A DNA stretch of 64,000 bases from Burkholderiales bacterium. Its GTDB lineage: Bacteria; Pseudomonadota; Gammaproteobacteria; Burkholderiales; Usitatibacteraceae. Below, piece after piece: positions 9,702 to 19,541 of this stretch (positions are counted from its first letter, which is position 1; every line of letters starts with the position of its first letter). The notes beneath the pieces are model-generated. The model did no database searches. It was given only the letters and a program-made list of their open reading frames with translations, and had not been told where the DNA came from. Made by a program: the position numbers and the translations under genes. The stretch is taken from positions 141 to 64,140 of the forward strand of contig JANYBL010000057.1 of NCBI GenBank assembly GCA_025360815.1, given 5' to 3'.

Positions 9702-10838
9702 ATGAAATTGGCGCTCATACGAGCCAAATACAATCCCTATGGTGGTGCAGAGCGTTTTTTAAACGATGCCGTGGCGGCGTTGACCGGTAGTGATTTGGCG
9801 GTTCAACCGACACTCTTTACGCGCGAATGGCCGCCTCAGGCATCGGCCACGCTGTCGCACCGAATCGTGAACCCGTGCTACATCACCTCGATCGGGCGTG
9901 ATCGGGGTTTTGCCGATGCAGTGCGCCAGGCGTTGGCCGCCGCGCCATTTGATCTTGTGCAATCCTATGAACGGTTTGCTGGTTGCGATATTTATCATGC
10001 GGTTGATGGTGTACATGCCGAATGGTTGCGGCAACGCGGCCGGATTACAGGTCGCGTACGAAAATTTGGTATTGCCATTAATCCGCGTCACCGGTTTGTG
10101 CTGGCGTCCGAACGGGCGATGTATTTGTCACCGCAATTTAAGGCCGCGATTTGTATTTCCGAGATGGTGAAAAACGATATCCTGCGCCACGTCGATATCG
10201 ATCCCGTCAAGTTGCATGTGATTTATAGCGGTATGGATACGGAAAAATTTTCGCCAGCATTGCGCGACACATTTCGCGTTCCGACGCGACAAAAATATTC
10301 TATCCCGCTTGATGCGCCGGTCGCGGTGTTCGTCGGGTCTGGCTTTGAGCGGAAAGGGCTCGCCACATTTTTACACGCACTGTCGTTGTGTGAAGATGCT
10401 TATGGGGTGGTAGTCGGCAAAGACAAACACAGCGCGCGCTATACGGCATTGGCACAAAAACTCGGCCTTCAGCACCGCGTGCATTTCGCCGGTGGCGTGG
10501 CCGATACGCGTCCATACTACGCAATGGCGGATGTTTTCGTGTTGCCGACCATTTATGAGCCATTTGGTTTGGTGTTTCTTGAGGCGATGGCCTGTGGGTT
10601 GCCGGTGGTGGCGAGCACCACGGCCGGTGCCGCTGAGCTGATTGTTGAAGGCGTGAACGGTTACGTTACGGATGCGCTCGATGTGACGGCAATCAGTCGT
10701 GCGATTGAACAATCGGTTTCATCCACTACCCGCGCCGCGATGTCCATTGCCGCCCGTGCGACCGCGCTAACATTTTCCCCGCAAACAATGGCAGATCAAT
10801 ATATCGCGCTATATCGAAAATTGCTGGCAGGCCGATAA
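9702..10838 (+). CDS. Family-1/4 glycosyltransferase, LPS core biosynthesis (WaaG-like)
   Basis: 378 aa with the C-terminal GT1 signature VLPTIYEPFGLVFLEAMACGLPVVAS. It lies between a heptosyltransferase gene and msbA. Confidence 0.8.
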   Translation: MKLALIRAKYNPYGGAERFLNDAVAALTGSDLAVQPTLFTREWPPQASATLSHRIVNPCYITSIGRDRGFADAVRQALAAAPFDLVQSYERFAGCDIYHAVDGVHAEWLRQRGRITGRVRKFGIAINPRHRFVLASERAMYLSPQFKAAICISEMVKNDILRHVDIDPVKLHVIYSGMDTEKFSPALRDTFRVPTRQKYSIPLDAPVAVFVGSGFERKGLATFLHALSLCEDAYGVVVGKDKHSARYTALAQKLGLQHRVHFAGGVADTRPYYAMADVFVLPTIYEPFGLVFLEAMACGLPVVASTTAGAAELIVEGVNGYVTDALDVTAISRAIEQSVSSTTRAAMSIAARATALTFSPQTMADQYIALYRKLLAGR

Positions 10839-10919
10839 ACGCGACCCAGTTGTTTACCAGCCATTGGCTTGTAAAATAACAGATTAGCTGTATTTTTTTT
10901 AAAGAATCGAGCAAACCTG

Positions 10920-12698
10920 ATGTCGTCCACTATTGAGCCAACGAGCGATCTCGCCCAAGACAAGCAGCTATATAAGCGATTGCTCGGTTATGTTAAACCC
11001 TACAAATGGGCATTCATCGGTAGCGTGGTGGCAATGGCCGTTGGCGGCGCGGTCGAGGGTTCGTTCGCGTGGTTTTTAAAAAACATGCTGGGCACTTTGT
11101 TTGTCGAAGGCAAAAGCACGCACGCGGCGCTAGCGGCGGTTGGCATTGTGGTCATTTTTTTGCTGAGCGGCCTCTCGCATTTTGTTGCGGGTTACGGCAT
11201 GCAGTGGGTGGGCAATAAAGTTATCTTGGATTTTCGCAATCAAATGTTTGAGCGCTTGATTCGCTTGCCCGCGCCCTATTTTGATCAAAGCACCATCGGT
11301 ACATTGCTTTCAAAAGTGACCAACGATGTCATCGGCCTGCAAGACGCGTCCACCACGGCGCTCAACGCGATGGTGCGCGGCGGCACCACGCTTGTCGTGC
11401 TTTTGGGCACCATGTTTGTGCTGAACTGGAAGCTCACGCTCATATTGTTTGCCACGATTCCGTTGCTCGCCGTGATCATCGGTGCGTTTGGTAAACGTTT
11501 GCGCCTGATCAGCCGTCAACATCAAGTGGCGAGTGCGGGTATCACGGATGTGTTGGAAGAATCGATTCGTGGCCAGAAAGTGATCAAGATTTTTGGGGGC
11601 GAGCAATATGAGGCCAAGCGCTTTGATGAGGCCGCAAATCGTATTCGCAAACTCAGCATGAAGCACAGCGCGGCGGCTGCAGCAGCAACCCCATTTACGC
11701 ATATCGTGGTGGCGTCGGCCATTGCGGTCATCGTCTATTTAGCGGCGAGCAAAACCCTCGGTGCGGCCATGCCAGTGGAAGACTTTGTCGCATTTATTGT
11801 GTCATCGGCCGCGCTGGTACCGCAGATCAAAGGATTGGCGAGCGTGAGTGAACGCTTGCAAAAAGGGCTGGCCTCAGCCGAGAGTGTGTTTGAATTGATT
11901 GATGCCAGCCCCGAAGTGGATCACGGCACAGTCGCCCTTAAACGCGCCGATGGCCGCATTCGTTTTGATCGCGTCACCATGCAATATCGCAACCAACCCA
12001 CACCCGCTCTGGACAAGGTGTCGCTGGAGATTCGTGCCGGTGAAACCATTGCGCTGGTTGGCCCGTCTGGGGGCGGCAAAACCAGTTTCGTGAATTTAAT
12101 ACCGCGATTTTTTGCACCAACAAGCGGCACGATTTATGTGGACGACCACCCGCTGGAAAACATCAGGCTTATTGATTTGCGCAGCCAAATTGCGCTGGTG
12201 AGCCAAGAGGTGATTCTGTTTAACGACACCGTTGCGGCCAATATCGCCTATGGACGGGGCTCCGAAAATACTGGCGCAGCAAGTATTGCGGAAATCACAG
12301 AAGCCGCCCGTGCCGCCAATTGCTTGGATTTCATCACCGCGCTCCCGCAAGGATTTGAAACGCAAATAGGTGAGAATGGCTCTAGGCTATCCGGCGGCCA
12401 ACGTCAGCGCATGGCGATTGCGCGTGCACTTCTAAAGAACGCGCCGATTCTATTGCTAGATGAGGCCACGTCTGCACTCGATTCCGAATCCGAGCGCGCT
12501 GTGCAAACCGCATTAGAAACCCTCATGAAGGGCCGCACGACGATTGTGGTGGCGCACCGCTTATCAACAATTGAAAACGCGGATCGGATTGTGGTGATGG
12601 AGCAAGGTAAGATTGTGGAATTGGGACCCCATCGCGAGCTGATTTCGCAAGGTGGGCTTTATGCCAGCCTGCATCGTTTGCAGTTTGATCGGGGTTGA
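10920..12698 (+). CDS. msbA: Lipid A export ABC transporter (permease/ATPase fusion)
   Basis: 592 aa. The N-terminal domain has six TM segments. Walker A is GPSGGGKTS, the ABC signature is LSGGQRQR and Walker B is ILLLDEATSALD. The gene sits in an LPS-core context. Confidence 0.9.
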   Translation: MSSTIEPTSDLAQDKQLYKRLLGYVKPYKWAFIGSVVAMAVGGAVEGSFAWFLKNMLGTLFVEGKSTHAALAAVGIVVIFLLSGLSHFVAGYGMQWVGNKVILDFRNQMFERLIRLPAPYFDQSTIGTLLSKVTNDVIGLQDASTTALNAMVRGGTTLVVLLGTMFVLNWKLTLILFATIPLLAVIIGAFGKRLRLISRQHQVASAGITDVLEESIRGQKVIKIFGGEQYEAKRFDEAANRIRKLSMKHSAAAAAATPFTHIVVASAIAVIVYLAASKTLGAAMPVEDFVAFIVSSAALVPQIKGLASVSERLQKGLASAESVFELIDASPEVDHGTVALKRADGRIRFDRVTMQYRNQPTPALDKVSLEIRAGETIALVGPSGGGKTSFVNLIPRFFAPTSGTIYVDDHPLENIRLIDLRSQIALVSQEVILFNDTVAANIAYGRGSENTGAASIAEITEAARAANCLDFITALPQGFETQIGENGSRLSGGQRQRMAIARALLKNAPILLLDEATSALDSESERAVQTALETLMKGRTTIVVAHRLSTIENADRIVVMEQGKIVELGPHRELISQGGLYASLHRLQFDRG

Positions 12699-13315
12699 TC
12701 GATTGTATGTTGAACGTGCCCTTTGGCTTTTTCGTCCAATTGGTTTTACTAAGCTGAAAGCTTAACAAGCCTTGACCCTGGTTTTCTGCCCGGTGGATCG
12801 ACAAGCGTAGCCAACGTGCCGTCTACACTTGAATCGTGGACGACTTCTACAAGCGGGAACACAAATGAATCTGCGGTCATGAATCAAGCCTCATTTGAGA
12901 TTGTTATTAGGGCCACCGCTCGGTCGTTAGCCAGATTCTGCCGGGCACTAACATTGCGCAATAAAGGTCGATATTGATTGCTTCGCCGGGAATGATTGTC
13001 CGCTCCCGAGAAAGCCCTATGACCACAAGAAGGCCAACTGCGGTCATTCAACGCTACTTGCCTTACCCTACTTCTCTGGCGTATCCCAAATAATATATTT
13101 TAGGGTGGATTACGATGCGTAAGCGAAACGAAAGTTCTAATTTTTATAATCGCGATCGCGCGAGTAGCAACAATTTGCGTCGTAACCTGCAAAACGCGAG
13201 GTGTGTTTTTTCGAAAGGTCGGCGGCAATATTCGCTGATTTGTTAACGATGTTACTTGGCATAAAAATGCCGTTCTCGGTAATGAGTCATTCTGAAAAAA
13301 TAAATCAAACTGCAA

Positions 13316-14125
13316 TTAGTCGAATCTGAAGGCGTCCATTGCCAGCGCACCGCCTTCAAACCCAGCAAACATGCGTTCTGCCGCATAGTCTTTGCCGGCC
13401 GCGCCCAGCGCTACAAATAGCGGCAGTAAATGCTCATCACTCGGATGTGCCCGCGCGGCATGTGGCGCGTGCTCGCGATAGGCCAACAGTGAATCAATAT
13501 CGTGCGCCATGATGTGCTCCAACATCCATGTTTGAAATTGCTGCGCGTAGCCTAAAACGTCTGAAACTCCAGCGCTGGTGGGGCTTTCTCGATCGAGACC
13601 CCTGGAGGGAGGGGACCAATCCCGCAAATTGTGCGTGAGGTGTCCGGAGCCTACGATCAAAACGTTTTCATTTCGCAGCGCCTGTAACGCCTGCCCAACT
13701 CGATAATGATGCGCCGTGCCGAGCGACGGCTGCACGGACAGTTGCAAAACCGGCACATCTGCATCGGGATACATTTTGAGAAGTGGCACCCAAGCGCCGT
13801 GATCGATGCCGCGACAGCCATCAACGGCAGCCGTGATACCGGCGGTTTTTAATATTGCTGCAGCTCGCACCGCGATGTCGGGCGCGCCGGGCGCGGCATA
13901 TTTAATGCGATAGAGCGCTTCGGGAAATCCGCCAAAGTCATAAATCATTGAAGGGCGGGGGTTGCCCGATAACATCGGCAAATTGGTTTCCCAATGCGCC
14001 GTTACCATCAGCACAGCAGACGGTTTGGAAAGCGATTGCGCCAATGCCGCCCACACCGCGCCCGCAGCACCCGCATCAAGCGCGTGCATGGGTGAGCCGT
14101 GGGATAAAAATAGTGTGGGCAACAT
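13316..14125 (-). CDS. ygiD: Class III extradiol dioxygenase (4,5-DOPA dioxygenase, YgiD family)
   Basis: 269 aa with the N-terminus MLPTLFLSHGSPMHAL and the SGHLTHNL motif typical of the YgiD/LigB superfamily. Confidence 0.8.
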   Translation of the reverse strand: MLPTLFLSHGSPMHALDAGAAGAVWAALAQSLSKPSAVLMVTAHWETNLPMLSGNPRPSMIYDFGGFPEALYRIKYAAPGAPDIAVRAAAILKTAGITAAVDGCRGIDHGAWVPLLKMYPDADVPVLQLSVQPSLGTAHHYRVGQALQALRNENVLIVGSGHLTHNLRDWSPPSRGLDRESPTSAGVSDVLGYAQQFQTWMLEHIMAHDIDSLLAYREHAPHAARAHPSDEHLLPLFVALGAAGKDYAAERMFAGFEGGALAMDAFRFD

Positions 14126-14143
14126 GGTTTTACTTTCTAAAAA

Positions 14144-14752
14144 TTACTTAACGAGACCAACCTTTTTCAACGCCTCTTGTACCTGCGGACGCGCTGAGAC
14201 ACGCGCCATAAACCCAGCTAACACGGGCCATTTGGCGATATCCACGCCAACCCATTGACCCCAGTTCAGCACCGTAAACAAATAGCCATCGGCAACTGTA
14301 AAAGTATCGCCCATCAGATATTGCTTGGCGTCTAATTTTTTGGTCAGCCAATCCAGCTTTTTGCCCACAGCGGCAATCGTTTGTTCCTTCGTTTCCGCAT
14401 TTATTTTCGGGTTGAACATGCTGCCCATTGGTTTGTGCACTTCGGAATTAATGTAGGTGAGCCACTCTTGCAGGCGATAGCGTTCCATGGTGCCGGCGGC
14501 TGGTGCCAAATGGGAGGCTGGCTTTTGATCGGCGATGTATTGCAAAATCGCAGCACCTTCAGACAAGCCTTGGCCGTTATCAAGCACGAGGTAAGGTACA
14601 TAACCCTTATCGTGAATTGCGTAAAAGTCCGCGCCGTCTTCCGTTTTATGCGCCTGCAAATCGACTTTGGTCAGTTCGTAAGCAATGCCGGCTTCATGCA
14701 AGGCGATATTGGATGCGAGCGAGCAAGATGCGGCGGAGTAATAGAGTTTCAT
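14144..14752 (-). CDS. gstA: Glutathione S-transferase (beta class, GstA-like)
   Basis: From the internal Met the protein reads MKLYYSAASCSLASNIALHEAGI...FTVADGYLFTVLNW. It aligns closely along its length with E. coli GstA as I recall it. The track start at 14845 is an extension. Confidence 0.85.
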   Translation of the reverse strand: MKLYYSAASCSLASNIALHEAGIAYELTKVDLQAHKTEDGADFYAIHDKGYVPYLVLDNGQGLSEGAAILQYIADQKPASHLAPAAGTMERYRLQEWLTYINSEVHKPMGSMFNPKINAETKEQTIAAVGKKLDWLTKKLDAKQYLMGDTFTVADGYLFTVLNWGQWVGVDIAKWPVLAGFMARVSARPQVQEALKKVGLVK

Positions 14753-14904
14753 GATTTGCCTTTCGTTGTTGACTAAAAATAGGGTGAGATGCAACCAGCG
14801 AACTATGAAGCAGTTGGCAATAGGGATAAAGTAAGCGGCTTGCAATAAATTATCCCAAAAAACAGGATAATAAGACTCCGCTATAACGATCCTGCAAAAA
14901 ATGA

Positions 14905-15807
14905 ATGGATAAATTTACTGCAATGTCCGTTTTCACCAGCGTTGTGGAGCAGGGCAGTTTTGCCCGTGCGGCGGATCGGCTAAATCTCTCTACCTCCGCC
15001 GTTTCGCGCCATGTGGCCGATTTGGAAGCACACCTCAACGCGCGGCTTCTCAACCGTACCACCCGCAAGCTTTCGCTCACCGAGAGTGGCCAGGCGTTTT
15101 TTGAGCGCTGCATACAGTTGCTGTCCGATTTGGAAGAAGCCGAATCGCTTGCCACCTCCTCAACGGCTGAACCGCGCGGCGTGATTAAGCTCACCTGCTC
15201 GATCAACTTCGGCATACGCTATCTGGCACCCGCCATTGGCGCATTTCAGCAGCGTTACCCTGAGGCGCATTTTGATGTGTCGCTATCGGATCGGTTTGTC
15301 GATCTGGTCGATGAAGGGCTTGATCTCGCGGTGCGGATTGGCGAAGCAGGCAACTCAAATTTAGTCGCCCGAAAAATCGGTGAAATGCGCCTCGTTTGCT
15401 GCGCCTCGCCAGCTTATTTAAAGCGTCATGGCACGCCACAACATCCACACGATTTGGCCGGCCACAATTGTCTTGCCTATGCGTATTTAGCCACCAAGCA
15501 TCATTGGTTTTTTGAAGATAAAAACGGTGGTGCGATTGATGTGCTGATCAAAGGCTCGGTCGAAGCGAACAACGGCGAAATGTTGTTGGCGATTGCCGAG
15601 CAAGACATCGGCATCGTGCTCGAACCCAATTTTTCTGCAAGCAAAGCGCTCAAAGCGGGTACGCTTGTGCCGATCCTTAACGCCTATCAACCGCGCTGCT
15701 CGAATATTTATGCTGTTTACCCAAGCCGGCGTCATTTGTCGGCCAAGGTGCGGATGTTTGTCGATTTCTTAAATGAGCGGTTTCGGGAAAGGCTGGATTG
15801 GGATTAG
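14905..15807 (+). CDS. LysR-family transcriptional regulator
   Basis: 300 aa with the N-terminal wHTH MDKFTAMSVFTSVVEQGSFARAADRLNLSTSAVSRHVADLEAHL. It is divergent from the gstA-ygiD operon. Confidence 0.9.
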   Translation: MDKFTAMSVFTSVVEQGSFARAADRLNLSTSAVSRHVADLEAHLNARLLNRTTRKLSLTESGQAFFERCIQLLSDLEEAESLATSSTAEPRGVIKLTCSINFGIRYLAPAIGAFQQRYPEAHFDVSLSDRFVDLVDEGLDLAVRIGEAGNSNLVARKIGEMRLVCCASPAYLKRHGTPQHPHDLAGHNCLAYAYLATKHHWFFEDKNGGAIDVLIKGSVEANNGEMLLAIAEQDIGIVLEPNFSASKALKAGTLVPILNAYQPRCSNIYAVYPSRRHLSAKVRMFVDFLNERFRERLDWD

Positions 15808-15994
15808 CTGGTTGGTGTTGTGATCAAGCGCAACGCCTCATCCAACGAACCCACCCTATTTGACCAAGTGAGAGTCGTGATGGCGCATCTGTTAAATAAT
15901 TTCCCGGAGATACTTAGCGTGGAACCGCCAATTCTGGCGGAGCGCTTGCGGCAAAAATGCCCCGAACTCCCCGCCAGTACTAGAGTTTCACCTT

Positions 15995-18238
15995 TTAAGA
16001 CTTCGCCTTCTCGCGCCCAAACCAATACAACAACACAACCAAAAACGCATACGGCAACATCGACAGCCAATCCGAATTTGGCCCTTCAAAGAATGGGTTG
16101 CTCTTCACGGCCCAGTCGTTCATGGCTTTGTCGAAATCGGTAAGCACGCCAGCGCTAAAGGCGATGATGATGCCGGCCAATGCGCCGCCAGCAATGTAGC
16201 CGGACGAGAGCAATACACCGGGGCTGCGGTCGCCTGCAGCGGTACGGTCTTCTTCACTGGCATTCGCGTATTGGGGCATTTTGTTGCGGCGGCGGTCGAC
16301 CAGCCAGCGCACCATGCCGCCAACGAATATCGGTGCCGACGATGACAATGGCAAATAAACGCCAACGGCGAACGGCAATGAGGGGATACCCGACATTTCC
16401 AAAATGAGCGCGATCATGACACCGAACATCACCAGCGCCCACGGTAATTTTTGATCGAGAATGCCTTTGATGATGTATGACATCAAGAGCGCTTTAGGCG
16501 CATCGTATTTGCGGACTTCGCTGCCGTCGGGGCGCTTGTTGTATTTACCGTTGATGCCCGGATCAACCAGCCACACCGCGTGGCCCGCATCATCGACAAA
16601 GTATTTTTCCGATAAGCCGGTTGCTGCATCTGTTTTATGCCAAACGCGATAAGTTTTGCTATCGCCTAATGCTTGCACGCCTTGCAAGGTCGCGGTTTCG
16701 GTCAGCGTGCTGGCATCTGTGGTGATACCAGCCGGCGCGATTTGTGCGACGGGAACATAGACCGTGGCGGCGTCATTAAGCTTCAATAAAATCGGACCCA
16801 AAATGACGGCAGAAGCAAGTGCGCCCACCAGAATTGAGTACTGCTGCAAACGCGGTGTCGCGCCCACTAAGTAGCCGGTTTTTAAATCCTGCGAGGTCGT
16901 GCCTGCGTTGCTTGAAGCGATACAGACAATAGCGCCCACTGATAATGCTGTTACGTAATAGGGCCCGCCCGTCCAGCCAACGAGCAAGAAGATTAAGCAG
17001 GTGAATAACAGCGTTGCGACGGTCATGCCGGAAATCGGATTGCTCGATGAGCCGATCTGGCCGGTGAGTTGTGATGACACTGTTGCAAATAAAAAACCGA
17101 AAACCAAAATCATCAGCGCGCCCAGCAAATTCATATTGAGCGGCGCGGCGAGCATAATCACGATGATGATCGCCAAGCACCCAACCAGCACCCATTTCAT
17201 TGGGATGTCTTGGTCTGTGCGTTTGGTGCCAGACGCCAGGCCGCCACTAAAACTAGAGAAGCTGCTTTTTAAACTATTCCAAATGGTCGGCATCGCCTTC
17301 GCCATACTGACAATTCCGCCTGCTGCTACCGCGCCCGCGCCGATATACAAAATATAAGCGCTGCGAATATTATTCGGGCTCATCTCGCTAATCAGCTTGT
17401 TACCGGGCGCAAGCGGCACTGACAACGCATCACCAAAAAATTTGATCAGCGGGATCAACAATAAATAAGCCATCACGCCACCTGCCGCCATAATTGAGGC
17501 GATACGCGGGCCGATAATGTAGCCCACGCCCAATAATTCCGGCGAGATCTCCACGCCGACCGAGCCGCCTTTGAGTGGTGCGCCGAAGATTTTTTCCGGC
17601 ACATCTTTCCAGCCTTTGAATGCGATGTTGATCGCTTTATAAGCCAAGCCCACGGCAAAACCCAAGAAGATGACCGAAGCGCCGCTGGCAACATCGTTTT
17701 TCGTCGCGGATGTTTTGGATGCTTCAGCAACTTTTAGCACTTCAGCACAGGCGGTGCCTTCAGGGTATTTTAGCTCGCCATGCTTGGCGACGATGAGTGT
17801 TTTACGCAGCGGAATCATCATCAAAATACCCAGCAAGCCGCCCAACACGCCGACTAACATCACCCGCGCAATTTCCAAATCAAAACCCAGAATCAAAATC
17901 GCGGGCATCGTCACGCCCAAGCCGAAGGCGATGGATTCGCCAGCCGAGCCTGCGGTCTGGACAATATTGTTTTCTAAAATGGTGGAATCTTTTACGCCGA
18001 CTTTCGACATCAGGCGAAACAGCGTAATCGCAATCACCGCGACGGGAATAGAGGCGCTGACCGTTAAGCCAACCTTCAACACCAAATAAAGCGACGACGC
18101 GCCAAAAATCATCCCGAGCAACGCGCCCATGACAACAGCGCGCAGCGTGAATTCAGCCATGCTAGATTCCGCAGGGACAAACGGTTGAAAGGTGGGTTGT
18201 GGGGTGGATTGGTGCGATTGACTTGAACCAGCAGCCAT
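15995..18238 (-). CDS. OPT-family oligopeptide transporter
   Basis: 747-aa polytopic membrane protein. EFTLRAVVMGALLGMIFGASSLYLVLKVGLTVSASIPVAV is the typical OPT N-terminal signature. Confidence 0.8.
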   Translation of the reverse strand: MAAGSSQSHQSTPQPTFQPFVPAESSMAEFTLRAVVMGALLGMIFGASSLYLVLKVGLTVSASIPVAVIAITLFRLMSKVGVKDSTILENNIVQTAGSAGESIAFGLGVTMPAILILGFDLEIARVMLVGVLGGLLGILMMIPLRKTLIVAKHGELKYPEGTACAEVLKVAEASKTSATKNDVASGASVIFLGFAVGLAYKAINIAFKGWKDVPEKIFGAPLKGGSVGVEISPELLGVGYIIGPRIASIMAAGGVMAYLLLIPLIKFFGDALSVPLAPGNKLISEMSPNNIRSAYILYIGAGAVAAGGIVSMAKAMPTIWNSLKSSFSSFSGGLASGTKRTDQDIPMKWVLVGCLAIIIVIMLAAPLNMNLLGALMILVFGFLFATVSSQLTGQIGSSSNPISGMTVATLLFTCLIFLLVGWTGGPYYVTALSVGAIVCIASSNAGTTSQDLKTGYLVGATPRLQQYSILVGALASAVILGPILLKLNDAATVYVPVAQIAPAGITTDASTLTETATLQGVQALGDSKTYRVWHKTDAATGLSEKYFVDDAGHAVWLVDPGINGKYNKRPDGSEVRKYDAPKALLMSYIIKGILDQKLPWALVMFGVMIALILEMSGIPSLPFAVGVYLPLSSSAPIFVGGMVRWLVDRRRNKMPQYANASEEDRTAAGDRSPGVLLSSGYIAGGALAGIIIAFSAGVLTDFDKAMNDWAVKSNPFFEGPNSDWLSMLPYAFLVVLLYWFGREKAKS

Positions 18239-18422
18239 GTTTTTCTCCTTTTAGAAGTGATTATTTTCGGTGCGCCTGCTGGTGGCGGGCGCGCTACCGA
18301 GCCTGAGTCTGTCGGTAGCCTTATTTGCACTGGCATTTACACGATATGGCGATACTATCGCACAGAAAATGGGCGATTTTTAGCGGACGCAAATTTACCG
18401 CCGCAGCCAGCAAAATCAAGCG

Positions 18423-19160
18423 TTAATTCGTCACATCCGAATCAAAAAAATACCCCGCGCCGCGCTCGGTTCTAATCATCTTCGGCTCGTTCGGGTCGGC
18501 TTCAATTTTGCGGCGCAGGCGCAAAATTTGCACATCAATGGATCGATCATAAACATCATCATGCAAACGGCTAAATTCTAATAATTGATCCCTGGACAAT
18601 ATCCGCTTTGGCGCGTTAAGGAACGTGACTAGTAATGCATATTCACCATTCGTTAGCTCGATCCGTGTGTCATTTGGCGAGGTTAACCGCCGTGTGCCTG
18701 TCGACAGCGTCCAGCCGTTGAACCGGTAAGTGCGTATTTCAGTTTCGCGCTTTGGTCGACCATCGGATTTACTGTCCGCCTCGCGGCTACCGATACCATC
18801 GTAGCGTCGCAGCACAGCCTTGATCCGTGCCAGTAATTCGCGCGGGCTAAATGGTTTGGTGAGGTAATCATCGGCGCCCAGTTCCAAGCCGAGTACGCGA
18901 TCCACCTCGTGCGTTTGCCCGGTCAGCATGATGATCGGCACGTCGGATGTTTGGCGCACGGTGCGGGCAAGCGTGAAGCCGTCTTCGCCCGGCATTTTGA
19001 CATCGAGCACGATGAGATCAACCGTGTCGGTCGCCAACACAGCCTGCATTTCGCGGCCATTGGCAGCCTGCGAAACCCGATAACCGTTTTCAGAAAGATA
19101 CTCGTCGATTAAATGTCGAATCGACTCATCATCGTCAACGGCGAGAATGTGCTGCGCCAT
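18423..19160 (-). CDS. OmpR/PhoB-family response regulator
   Basis: The receiver domain has ILAVDDD...DLIVLDVKMPGEDG...KPF. The C-terminal winged-helix domain has LTNGEYALLVTFL...IRTERGAGYFF. Confidence 0.9.
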   Translation of the reverse strand: MAQHILAVDDDESIRHLIDEYLSENGYRVSQAANGREMQAVLATDTVDLIVLDVKMPGEDGFTLARTVRQTSDVPIIMLTGQTHEVDRVLGLELGADDYLTKPFSPRELLARIKAVLRRYDGIGSREADSKSDGRPKRETEIRTYRFNGWTLSTGTRRLTSPNDTRIELTNGEYALLVTFLNAPKRILSRDQLLEFSRLHDDVYDRSIDVQILRLRRKIEADPNEPKMIRTERGAGYFFDSDVTN

Positions 19161-19382
19161 CGAGCGCCCCTATTGTTTTAATCCCCGTTGCTAGCATGTT
19201 GGTGTCCTACTTTGTAGGCTTGGTGTATTGTTGTTTGTTGACTGCATTTACGGCTTGAAACTTCTATCAGCATAGCGCAATATTGAATTGACGTGGTATT
19301 TAGCAGCGGGTATGCAGCGCCCTCTATTCAACAGTTTCCGGCTGATGTTCTACCGCTAACGGTACGATTAAGAGGAGCGCGT

Positions 19383-19467
19383 TAAAGATAATGCCTTAGA
19401 GACGGTGCCAGTATCTTAAAGCATTGCCTTTAAAGGTAATGCTTTAAAGGTAATGCCTCAGAGACGA
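19383..19467. repeat. Four direct copies of a TTAAAG-N-TAATGCCTT-like motif in a divergent promoter region
   Basis: taaagataatgccttagagacgg (19383-19405) and taaaggtaatgcctcagagacga (19445-19467) are near-identical. Two shorter copies, ttaaagcattgcctt and ttaaaggtaatgcttt, lie between them. Confidence 0.6.
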
Positions 19468-19541
19468 TCCATCTGCACGATCCAAATTTATCGTAGCGCA
19501 GACAAAACGATTTATACGAAAGTAAGAAAGCGCGCATCGCC

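Noticed and set aside
13100-13315. 71-aa reverse-strand ORF directly after ygiD
   Set aside because: It is simply the same frame continuing after the ygiD stop codon. It has no RBS and no recognisable sequence features.
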